Positions 32,678-43,029 of a stretch of 64,000 nt of DNA are shown here, one piece after another (position 1 is the stretch's first letter; the number at the start of each line of letters is the position of its first letter). Source of the stretch: the human T2T-CHM13v2.0 reference genome, Homo sapiens; NCBI RefSeq assembly GCF_009914755.1, contig NC_060925.1; one strand, given 5' to 3'. The notes under the pieces were generated by a model. The model was given only the letters and a program-made list of their open reading frames with translations, was not told where the DNA came from and did not search any database. The translations under genes were made by a program, and so were the position numbers.

Positions 32678-34736
32678 TTAGTGGGAATTCTCACTTTCAT
32701 CCTCACTATCTACATCTTTCTGCGAGACAGACCGATAGTGATTCATGTAATACACTTGTGCTGAACTATTTTGGTGAACCAAGGTAGTGACAAAGCTTTT
32801 CATTATTTGAAGGAGCAAGGGCAGCAAGCAGGAGAGCAATAAACAGGTTCCTATCACTATTATTACCCCTATTATAAGAGTTTTAAATCCTCCTAATGCT
32901 GGGAACCATTTTCCAAATACAGACCTAGGATCAAATCTATGCCAAACCTGCACAGGCACATGTGCTAGCTTTGTCATATCTCTGACTATGTTTTTGACTA
33001 CTTGCCCTTGGTCATCTATATGCAGACAGTAATTGGTCAGGTTGAATTTTCCACAGACCCCTCCTTCAGCTGCTAGCAAGTAGCCTAGGGCCAATCTATT
33101 TTGATAAATAGCATTTCTCATCTGGGCTTCTTGCCGGTCTAGAATAGTCAAAGCTCTGCCAGTTTCATTAGTGATTATTTCTAACACAGCTTGTAACCAT
33201 ATAATCCAGTTGAGCATGTAAATGGGGGTTCGGTATCCCCACGAAAAGTTTTGTGCCCATGTGGCAGGCCCATAGTACTGTATCATTCTTTCAAGGGACC
33301 ACTAGTCAACTTTCCAATTGCCTATGGCTATGCCCCTCTTTTCTTAGGAAGCATAGACAGGGAAGCCTAGGAGCTCACCTGTTTTTACCGGCAGCAGGAA
33401 AAAAGGATGTTTTAATGGTGCCAATAACAAAAACTGCCTGCCCATTGATCAGGTAGCTTGGCATGGGCTCTGTGTCCACATATCCAGTATAGCCCAGCTG
33501 GAGCTGTCCAGTCCTGATTAAACCCTGGATGGGCCCAAACAGTTTGCAACTTACTAAACTTACTAAATGGGTTTTTCTCAGTATGGTTTAGACCTCACCA
33601 GGTGACTGTTCTTGTGCTGTTATACAGCTTTTGCCCTAGGCAATTGAGTCTTCCTATGGGGATGGTGAAGTCTTTTCTTCTCTAGCTATGCAGTATTGTC
33701 CAATAATTGAGGTTTCGAAGACCCAAAAGTTACCAGTGTGGGCCTTCTGGACTGGAATTATATCAGGAACTGGATCCATGGGCACTAATTCTCGGGCCTC
33801 CCAAGGCCATTGGTCTCCCACAGTGGTTCCCCTGTATACATAATAGGAAGTAACATTGAGGAAATGGGCTTCATTTTCTGCTAACTGCAGGAACAAATTT
33901 TTTGTCTTCCTTCAGAGTTCTGGTACTGGCACATTCAGTTCATCATAAAAGGTGTGGAATACTGGTTTGGGACTGCACTTGTGGATCTCCCCTTGGACTA
34001 AAAAGTTGACTCGGGGGTCAAGCACAGTTCCATCAATTCCTAGGTTTACATTTTCCCCTGTCTTCCATTGGGGGTCCAGGAAGTTAGCAATTATTAATTC
34101 TAATGGGTTACAGTTACTGGAGGTGCAAGACGAATTACTTTTTCTTTTTGTAGGTGAGCAGCGTCTTTTTTGTCCTTTTTCAGGTAGCCCAAATGACACA
34201 GGACCAATAACTACATTCAATACCACATAGTCCTAATTCATGACAAATGTACTTATTTTCTGCCTTATAGCTTTTTTCCCAACTGAGAGAACCACATCCC
34301 ATCCCTAGCTTGTTACTATTAATGACTGCACAGGCATCAGATCTTAAGGTGACTTGTTTGGGAACCCCTTTTTCTTCTGTTCTGGTTAATACTTTACTTG
34401 TAACTTTCACGGGTCCCCACCAGTCCTCAGTTCTTAATCTTATTTCAAAAAACTGTGGTCATAGGAGGCTCAGACGGGTTGTAACACACATCAGGTTGGT
34501 CATTCCCTGTGCCACATACTTTATACTTCAGTGGCATTATATAAGCAAGTCCCTTTCAAAGTTCCTAGACATTCTTAATATCTATAAAACAGAAAGATTG
34601 TTTTAATTTGTTCCCTTACCTCAGTAACTTGATTAATACACTGGGTACAGTCCTCCCTGTGGGGAAAATCAGCTGAAGTTTTTATTGTACAAGTCCAAAT
34701 TCTAAAGAGAATGAGTCCCACAATGAGTTTCCTCGT
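32678..34736 (-). pseudogene. env: HERV-E env, disrupted; TM portion open for 202 aa (32678-33286)
   Basis: Signal-peptide-like (T)RKLIVGLIL with ACG at the expected start. SU is fragmented. Furin site reads *EKR/GIAIGNW. Immunosuppressive domain [18 protein letters not shown], then a hydrophobic anchor. Confidence 0.9.
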
Positions 34737-34759
34737 GTTTTGGCGGTGGGTAGACAAGT

Positions 34760-37700
34760 GAGCTTCCGGGTGTGACTGGAGCAGGTCTTGTCGTCTTCTT
34801 CAGGATCACTTTGCAGGGATTTTCCGGGCTTGGTTTTACCTCCCAGGCTTCAGGTGCTGCAGGTTTCAGGCGGCTGTGGTGGATCCAGGCCGGAATTCCT
34901 TCTACCTTCATGGCGGTGGGTGTGGTCAGGATGACACTCTGGGGTCCTTTCCACCGCGGCTGCAAAGGGGCTACATTCCAGTCTTTGATCCACACTCGAT
35001 CACCTGGGGAGAAAGGGTGAACTGGGGAGAATAAGCTAACGGGGCATTTTTCATTTACCCAGGCCAAAATTGTTCATGTAACTTTTCCTAAAACCTGCAG
35101 CTGTCGCTGTAACTCAATTTCTCCTAGCTCTCAAGGAGTGCCTGGAAGCCCCCATAATATGGGAGGGGGTCTATGATACAATATCTCACAAGGAGAATAT
35201 CCTGTTCTTTTAGAAGGGGTGCACCTGATCTTAAACAGTACTATGGGGAGAGCCTGTGCCCACTTTAAACATGTTTGTTGACACACTTTCCTTAAACTAC
35301 TTTTGATAGTCCATTTGCTCCACCTTTCTGGAACTCTGAGGTCAGTAGGTGGCATGCAGTTTCCATGTGATCCCCAATACCTTCTGTGTCTTCTGTACCG
35401 AGTCAGCCACAAACACCAGCCTGTTGTGTGAGCCGATCTGTAAGGGCAGTCCAAATCTAGGGATGAAATCTTGGAGAAGCACACGGGTTACTTCACGAGC
35501 TTTTTCAGTTCGTGTTGGATAGGCCTCTACCCATCCAGAGTAGGTACACACTAGACCTAGCAGATACTTGTTACCTCCACACTTAGGCATCTCAGTGAAA
35601 TCCACTTGGAGATCTTCAAAGAGGGCTGATCCATAAGCTTGTATGCCAGGCGGGACAGTTGGACCCTGCCTAACATTGTGCTGCCGGCAGGTGACACCTT
35701 GCTCTGTTACCGTTTTGGCAAGGGCCGACAGACGTGAAATGTAGAAGTACCAGCCTAACAACTTTTCAAGTGACTCTTGGCCTAGATAGGTGGTCTCATG
35801 CACAGCCAGCACAGCTGCAGCTCCCAGTAGCTGTGGCACGGCTACTCTTCCGTCTGGTAACTGGATCCTTCCTTCCTTTATCGCTTGCTCCCCCTCTGCC
35901 TGGAAAAAGTCTCTTTCCTCTTTAGAATAAGCAGGCACTAGATCAGGTGCCTGAGGGAGCAAGGCGGCTGTGACTGATGCTCGGTATTGGGTGGATGCTG
36001 CTTTGTAAGCTTCTGAGTCTGCTTGAGAATTTCCTAAGGCAACAGAAGTGGTGGCTTGCTGATGTCCTTTACAATGCATGACGGCCACCCTCCGAGGCTT
36101 TCATACTGCTTTTAATAACTGTAAAATTTCTTGCTGGTATTTAATGTCCTTTCCCCCTGAGTTCAACAGGCCTTTTTCTTTGTATAATGCCCCATGCACT
36201 TGGAGGGTTAAAAAGGCATACCGAGAGTCCATACAAATGTTTACAGTCTTACCTTCACTTAGCTCTAAGGCCCAAGTTAAAACAGTGAGTTTGGCGTTTT
36301 AGGCTGAAGTTCTGTGAGGCAGCGGTTTGGCTTCAATAACAGTGTCCAAGGTTACCATTGCCTATCCAGCGCACCTCTCTCCTTGTGGGTTAATGAAGCT
36401 GCTTCCGTCCACATATAGCTCCCAGTCTACAAATGTCCAAGGTTGGTCCCGGAGGTTGGGTCTGCTAGAATAAACTGAGTCCAACACCTCTATACAGTTA
36501 TGCTCAACTGGACTCTCTGATACCGGGAGCAAGGTGGTGGGGTTCAAAGTGTTGCAAACTTCAATGGTTATGCGGGGATTTTCACAGAGCAAGCTTTGGT
36601 ATTTAACCTGGCATTTGTTAGCCAATGATATCCTTTGGTATTCATTAAAGTTACCACAGCATGGGGGGCCTTTATGTTCAAGTTTTGCCCAAGGGTTAGT
36701 TTATCTGCTTCTTGCGCTACCAGGGCAGTTGCTGCCAAGGCTCTCAAACGCGGGGGCCACCCTTTAGAAACCCCATCTAGCTGTTTGGAGAGATATGCCA
36801 CTGGTCTTGGCCAGGGCCCTACAGTCTGGGTTAAAACTCCAGCTGCCATCTTTTCTCTCTCTGACACATACAGTGTAAAAAGCTTTGTCAGATCCAGTAG
36901 TCCAAGGGCTGGGGCTGACATAAGCTTTTTCCTTTAACTTATGAAAAGCTCACTGTTGTTCGGATCCCCAATTAAAAGGTTCCGTGTTGCCCCCCTTTGT
37001 AACTTGGTACAGAGATTTGGCCAGTACTTCAAAGCTTGGGATCCATAACCTGCAGAACCCCACATCTCCTAAGAATTCTGTTACCTGCCTCCTGGTCTTA
37101 GGTTCTGGTAGACTGGAAATGACCTGCTTTCGTTCTGATCCTAGGCTGCACTCCCCGTGTTGGATAGTGAATCCCAGGTAGCGTACCTGCTGTCTGCAGA
37201 TCTGAGCTTTCTTCTTGGACACGTTATATCCACAGTCCTCTAGGTGCCGAAGCAGGGTGTCCATTCCTTTAGCGCATCCAACTGCCGTGGGGTGTCCCAG
37301 CAGAAGGTCATAAATGTTCTGGAGCAAGATGCAGCCTAGGTCTCTAGTGGGGAACTTTTGGAGGCCTGGAGGTCTCAAGCCAGTGCCTCCCCAAAGATGG
37401 TGGGGGAGTTCTTGAACCCTTGGGGAAGCCGGGTCCAAGTATACTGAGTGGTGACACCTGACCCCAATCCTCCCACTGAAAGGCAAACAGTTTCTAGCTC
37501 TCTGAAGCTAATCTGATGCTAAAGAAGGCATCCTTCGGGTCTAGGCAGGTGAACCAGCTGTCCTCAGCTGGCAGTAACCCCAACAATGTGTACGGGTTAG
37601 GTACTGTTGGATGTAAAGTCACTGTGGCTTGATTGACCAAGTGCAAGTCCTGCACTGGTCTGTAGTCCTTGGTCCCTGGCTTGGGAACAGGCAGGAGGGG

Positions 37701-38349
37701 AGTGTTCCATGGAGACTGACAAGGCACTATAATTCCAAAAGTCCTCAGGCACTTAAGATGAACCTGGATACCTTCCAGGGCTTCTCTGGGGATTGGATAC
37801 TGTTTTTTCCTGACTGACTGGTTCACTGGCTTAACTTCTATGAGTATGGGAGCTTGATTGACTGCCAATCTGGGGGGGATTGTCTTCTGCCCAGATTTTT
37901 GGCCACCACTGGGCCAGAGCTGGCCCTATCTCTTTGCCTGGTTCAGTTAGGAAGAGTCGCCACTCTTCCTCTCAGGGAACCATCAGGACCATGATAACTC
38001 CTGTTCCAGGCAACTTCAGTTGTAAAGAGCCTTGGTTTGTAAAGGAGATAGTAGCTCTCAGCTTGCTAAGCAGGTCCCTTCCTAACAAAGGCAAGGGGCA
38101 GTCAGGCATGTACAGGAACTGGTGAATCACTTCATGTCCCCGCACTCAGCAGGTCCGGGGCAAACAGAAAGCCTGCTTTGTTGAAACTCCTGTTGCTCTG
38201 ATTATATCAATAGACTTTTTAGATAAGGGGGTGACTGGGGTGGTCACTACTGAATGTTCAGCACCAGTATCAACCAGAAAGTTAATGTCCTTGCTCCCAG
38301 CTGTCATTCTGACCATAGGCTCCTTGGGGGCACTTGAGCCGGGTCCCCT
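34760..38349 (-). pseudogene. pol: HERV-E pro-pol (PR, RT, RNase H, IN), multiply disrupted
   Basis: Protease FLVDTGA and LLGRDLL. RT SPWNTPLLPV and KDAFF, with YxDD decayed to NIYD. RNase H YVDGSS. Integrase LQVDFTEM and WKGP. Confidence 0.93.
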
Positions 38350-40016
38350 TCAGTCCAGCAACCACTCGGCCAGATTGAACAAGCTTCCTTCGTCCTTGTC
38401 TGGGGACTTTTGCTCCAAGCCACGTTGCTTTTCTTTTAGCTGAGGGCACTTATCTTTCCAATGTCCTATTTCTTTACAATAGGCACACTGGTTACATTGC
38501 AAGCATGGACAGTCAGACTGGGTATTCTTCCCGGAGCCCCCCTTCCCTTGTCCTTTTGGGGAGACCCCTCTAATAGCTGCAGCTAGTAGGTCAGCATTTT
38601 GTCGGGCTTGGCGTTCACCTTCTTTGCGGCTCTTTCTGCGGCTCGCTGCATCTCTGTTTACAAACACTTGGCTAGCTATTTCCAGTAATTGCGACACATT
38701 CATACCCACAAACCCAGCCTGTTTCTGCAGCTTTCTCCTAATATCCTATGCACTTTGGCTAACTAAGGCCATGTTAATCATGAGCTGACTCTCATGGCTG
38801 TCAAAGGGAGTGTACATGCAGTAGGCCTCACACAGTCACTCACAAAATTGCGTTGGACTTTCTTCCTTTCCTTGGATAACCTCAGAGACCTTGTTTAAGT
38901 TTGCGTCCTTTTGGGCTCCTCTCCCCAACCCTTCTAAGAGTGCTTCCCTATACCGATTTAGCCTTTGCATGCCCTCTGTCTTGTTTGGATCCCACTGAGG
39001 GTCAGTTCCTGGTAGCTGGATTCTCACATACTCTTGGGAGTTGTGATAATCAGCTGGAACATGCTCTTCCAGCCACTTAGTTGCTGCCTGGACCACTCTC
39101 CTTCTCTCATCCGTGTTAAAGAGGTACATGAGCAACTTGTGGCAATCAGCCCAAGTGGGGTTATGAGTTTGGATAACAGTTTGCAGCAAGTCATTAAGAG
39201 CTTGTGGCTTTTCGGTACAGGATGGGGTGTTATTTTTCCAATTGAAGAGATTGGCAGAAGTAAAAGGTTGATACACAAAGACACACCTTTCTACCATATG
39301 TCCCTCCTCGTTTACCCCAGTATACCATTGTTCTCTTAAGGGCATTTGTATCCCAGTTTTAGGTTGCAAGCGAGCTGCCAAGGGAGGGGTTTCTCCCGAG
39401 ATTTCACATCTTCTTCTGTCTATTCTAGGCGGTCTTGGGGTGTGCGTACCTTGTAGAGGCTCAGGTGCTGCGGGCTACGTGACTGAGGGGTACATGCATC
39501 AGTGATGAGGACTAGCAGAACAGACAGAAGGTTTCACAATGCTTCCTCATACAATGTGGGGAACCTCTCTTCTTGGTAAGGGCAGGGCACCACTGGTGCC
39601 ATTTCCTGCCATGCATCCTCTGATGTGGAGTCAGACAGAACCGTAGGAGCTGACTTCCCTTGGCGGGCAGAGTAAGATTTTTCCTTGGCTGTCTGTCCCT
39701 TTGCTACTAGCACTGCTGCTGCCTGTACTCTTAGCCACTGTGGGGGTTCTAAAACCAGCTGCAACCAAGTATCTATGTATAGAAACTGATCTGAGTGTCC
39801 TGATTTACCCGTTACTTTGTGCCATACCTTTGAAACTAGGGACCTGTCTAGGCTTCCTTCTGATGGCCATCCCACTTCTAATGCTGGCCAATTTATCTCA
39901 CACAAAGCCTTAAGCTTTCCAGGTGTCATAGCAGTTCCATAGTCTCCATTGAATCCTTTCTTGAAACTCTTTAACGTAGTTCCTAATGGGGTAGGCTTAC
40001 TCTGTGTTTTACCCAT
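38350..40016 (-). pseudogene. gag: HERV-E gag (MA-p12-CA-NC) with two nonsense codons and one frameshifting insertion
   Basis: MGKTQSKPTPLG myristoylation start, GWPSEGS MA motif, MHR-like VIQGKEESP, zinc knuckle CAYCKEIGHWKDKC. Confidence 0.93.
39472..39557 (-). repeat. 86-bp exact copy of 5' LTR U3 (40819-40904) embedded in gag
   Basis: Base-by-base comparison gives 86/86 identity. Confidence 0.97.
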
Positions 40017-40109
40017 TTTCCTCTCTCAGGGGACAAAACAACACTCTTACCACAAAGAGGGAAGGGAAAAGGGGTAAAAAGTCACTCACTCACCAAGCAA
40101 TTCACACCA

Positions 40110-40280
40110 GATCAAAATTAAAACTAAAACCAAACGACGGATAAGGAGTTACTCATTCATCAAGCAATTTGAGCCAAATCAGAACCGAAATCAAAACCAA
40201 AACAATTCAAATCCAAAAGTCAGAACTGAAATCAAAACCAAAACAGTGCAAATCCAGTCAAAATCAAAACCAAAACCAAA
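40110..40280. repeat. Imperfect tandem repeats (aaatcaaaaccaaaac core, ~41-bp unit) in the proviral leader
   Basis: tcagaaccgaaatcaaaaccaaaaca and tcagaactgaaatcaaaaccaaaaca repeated. Confidence 0.85.
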
Positions 40281-40602
40281 GTGCCGGTAAAGGCATGCTG
40301 TGGGTGATCAGGCCACACTTCCACTAAGATGGAGTGGGCAAATTCCAAGACCAGCCTTACCGTGTTCCAGATGTCCAGACTCTAAGCACCAATTCTTCCC
40401 AGTGTTCAGCTGCTGTGTTAATCCTCTGCGGGGGTCTGCCGCACACTCCTCTGGCAAGGCATTCCAGGGAGGCAATTGCCTATGCTGGAGCACTCTCAGG
40501 AACCATGTCGCTTAAGCTGGCCGGAGTCCCCTCCAGAGATGCTCCACAGGGCAGGCTTAAGCTGCCTAAGGGGCTGCCTCCACTCTCCATTAATCACCTT
40601 GC

Positions 40603-40620
40603 TTCCCGGCCAGGGAGCCA
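40603..40620 (-). promoter_or_regulatory. Primer-binding site, tRNA-Glu
   Basis: TGGCTCCCTGGCCGGGAA versus tRNA-Glu complement TGGTTCCCTGACCGGGAA (16/18), 5 nt after the LTR. Confidence 0.9.
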
Positions 40621-40625
40621 AGAAA

Positions 40626-41073
40626 TGTAGCAGGACCAGTGGCAGACAAAACCTCTCAGACACTGGTTTTAGGAAGGAAGAGGCTTTAATCAGCTGGGAG
40701 CATTGGTAGACTCACATCTCAAGATCCAGGCTCCCCAAAGTAAAGATTCCTGTCCTTTTTAAGGGCTTACAACACTGAGGGGTCCACAAGAAAGGGTCAT
40801 GATACATTGTGCAAGCGGGGGCTACGTGACTGAGGGGTACATGCATCAGTGATGAGGACTAGCAGAACAGACAGAAGGTTTCACAATGCTTCCTCATACA
40901 ATGTCTGGAATCTATAGATAACACAAGCGGTTAGGTCAGGAGTTGATCTTTAACTACGAGGCCTGGTTCTGGGCACCAAGCTGTCTGGCTATTGATCTCA
41001 CTTCTGCTTCTTTTGAACTTTTTTGCTTCCTTTTTGAAACAGAAGACAATGGGAGAGGTGGTCTCCTTCCTTA
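40626..41073 (-). promoter_or_regulatory. 5' LTR (LTR2 family) with TATA-like CTTAAAAA, ATTAAA poly(A) signal and a TACGTG HRE core at 40823-40828
   Basis: Direct repeat of the 3' LTR (~90% identical), adjacent to the PBS. Confidence 0.93.
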
Positions 41074-41200
41074 CTCTCATTTTAAAATGTAGACAATAAT
41101 TTCTATCTTAAAGTGTTCCTGTAATAAATAAATGAGACAAGGTTTTCAAAAATATGTAGTAGAGTATCTGGCAAAATGGAAGATGCTGAGCTAATGTGTT
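41074..41200 (+). mobile_element. MIR, right half (left half at ~32105-32206), split by the provirus
   Basis: The rejoined site ggttctctcattttaaaatgtagacaataat...aaatgaga resembles the MIR core gtttcctcatctgtaaaatggggataata. Confidence 0.7.
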
Positions 41201-42099
41201 TCCTAGTTGACACACAAGCGAACAAAGTTCTTGCTTTATTATTTTCAATGAATTGATCTTATTGCTAATGAACATACTTTCTGAGACTTTGGTTATAAAA
41301 CAGTCTTTTACTCATATTAAACTGCATTTAAATGAAAAACAAAACCCTTTCGTTTCAGCAACTCTCCAGGATAATGGAACAATAATTTACACAAAATAAT
41401 AAATGTGTTTTTAATTACTTATTTTTCAATATTCTATCCATGGTTATGATGGATAGTGCAACACAAGAATGCTTTCTAAATTATACCTAAAACAATATTA
41501 ACGGAAATTTTGCTGCATCAATCTTTTTCAAAAAAAGCTGGTTGGAATTATACAGTCTCTTCATTTCCTATATTCCTGTATTTTAATTCTATTTAAAGGG
41601 AAACTGATAAAAACAAAACAAAAAGAACATTAGTTGTGCATTCCTGGCAAGATTTTTCAAATGATGGCAACAAGGAATAAAAGTTGAATTTTTGGAATAT
41701 TGTTTAAACTGCATAGATTTTTGGTGGCCTTGTGAGTTTCAGATATACTGTATTTTTATGCTGGTTCTCCCTCAACGTTTTAGGAAATAAATTCTACATG
41801 AAACATGAACTCTTTTGTCCTCCCCTGTGTCTAAAACTATAAAAACAAAGACAGAAAAAAAAATTAGGAAAAAGATTACTTCAAAGTAATGAAATTGATA
41901 GAAAGCTAAACATCCTATCAAATCACCATACTTTTTGCACATTAGTTTATCTTAATGAAATTCATTTAACTTTATCTCTGTCTCCAAAGTTATCATCTAT
42001 ACCTCCCCATTATTCTACTCTTGCCTCCAAAATAACAAAAATAACCAAGGAAATAGTTCAAAACACCATATTTTATTTTAATCCATATTTTGGTCAAAA

Positions 42100-42760
42100 C
42101 AGCTCTATTTAGCTAATCACCTACATCTTGGATTTATTCTGAAATATTTCCTGTTCTTACTCCCGTATGTCAATATCCATGTCCTCTAAATAAGACATTA
42201 AGTCCTACTAATTTTCTAAATACTTAGCATATTTTTTTCTATTTTTTTGCCCAATAACAAATTACTGAAATACCCTTGAGTATTTCTCACCTGGACTACT
42301 ACACCATGTCTCTAACTGGACTCAACTGCAATCTTGTCTCTGACCAAATCATTATTTACACTATCTGTAATATCAGCTTCCTAAAATCCTCCAATATCTT
42401 CTCATGGACTATTAAATACAATATATATCTCTTAGCATTTTATATCTGGACTTTCTTGACTGATGTACTCTAACCATTCAGTTCTTGCCATTTCTCACCT
42501 ATATACACTTTACTGCAGCAGTGAAGAACAATTTGCTATTCTCCAAATTTGTTTTGCAGTCTCTATGTGTTCCCTTGACATCAAGTTCATTGTTATTTGA
42601 ATGTTCTCCACTGTATAACTGCTTGGTTTCCTAACTAACAAAGCAAATTAACAGTTTCTTGAAGACAATGATTTTTCTCATTTTTTTATTTCTCCGTGTA
42701 CCCTTGTTTGACACATTTTTAGTACTTAAAAATATTGAGTTTTTGCTAATTGAATGAAAT
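42100..42760 (+). mobile_element. L2 3' region
   Basis: ttctcacctggactactac...ctaactgg; ends ttgctaattgaatgaa. Confidence 0.6.
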
Positions 42761-43029
42761 AATAAACATATGGATAAGTATGTTTATGAATTAATAACAG
42801 TAACCAATATCCAAGGTTATAATGAAGTTATGCTACTATGTCATACTAGGTCATATATTTTCTATCCTATTTTTGCTTAACTAAAATTTATTTTTAGCAG
42901 TTGTCACCATTAACTTCTCTAAACAAAAACTTCTATGAAATCATAACTCATTTATGAAATGTTTTGAATTTCAAGTAGAAAAATACATCTGTTTCTCTCT
43001 AACACAAACATTTTCTGTAGTTCCATGGC

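Larger units (their letters stand above)
32207..41073 (-). mobile_element. Full-length HERV-E family provirus (LTR2-type LTRs)
   Basis: Two ~447-bp LTRs, 4-bp TSD CTCT (32203-32206, 41074-41077), tRNA-Glu PBS, polypurine tract, gag-pro-pol-env order with HERV-E-like proteins. Confidence 0.95.

Noticed and set aside
40110-40280. CRISPR-like repeat-spacer pattern
   Set aside because: The units are imperfect, lack unique spacers, and sit in the retroviral leader of eukaryotic DNA.
40590-40660. Identity with the CT-RCC HERV-E locus itself
   Set aside because: The junction encodes ATFLGSLAGK rather than ATFLGSLTWK, so this looks like a paralog.
32207-41073. Replication-competent or coding-intact retrovirus
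   Set aside because: RT YxDD reads NIYD, the integrase HHCC and DDE motifs are altered, there are many stops and frameshifts, and the env start and furin site are lost.
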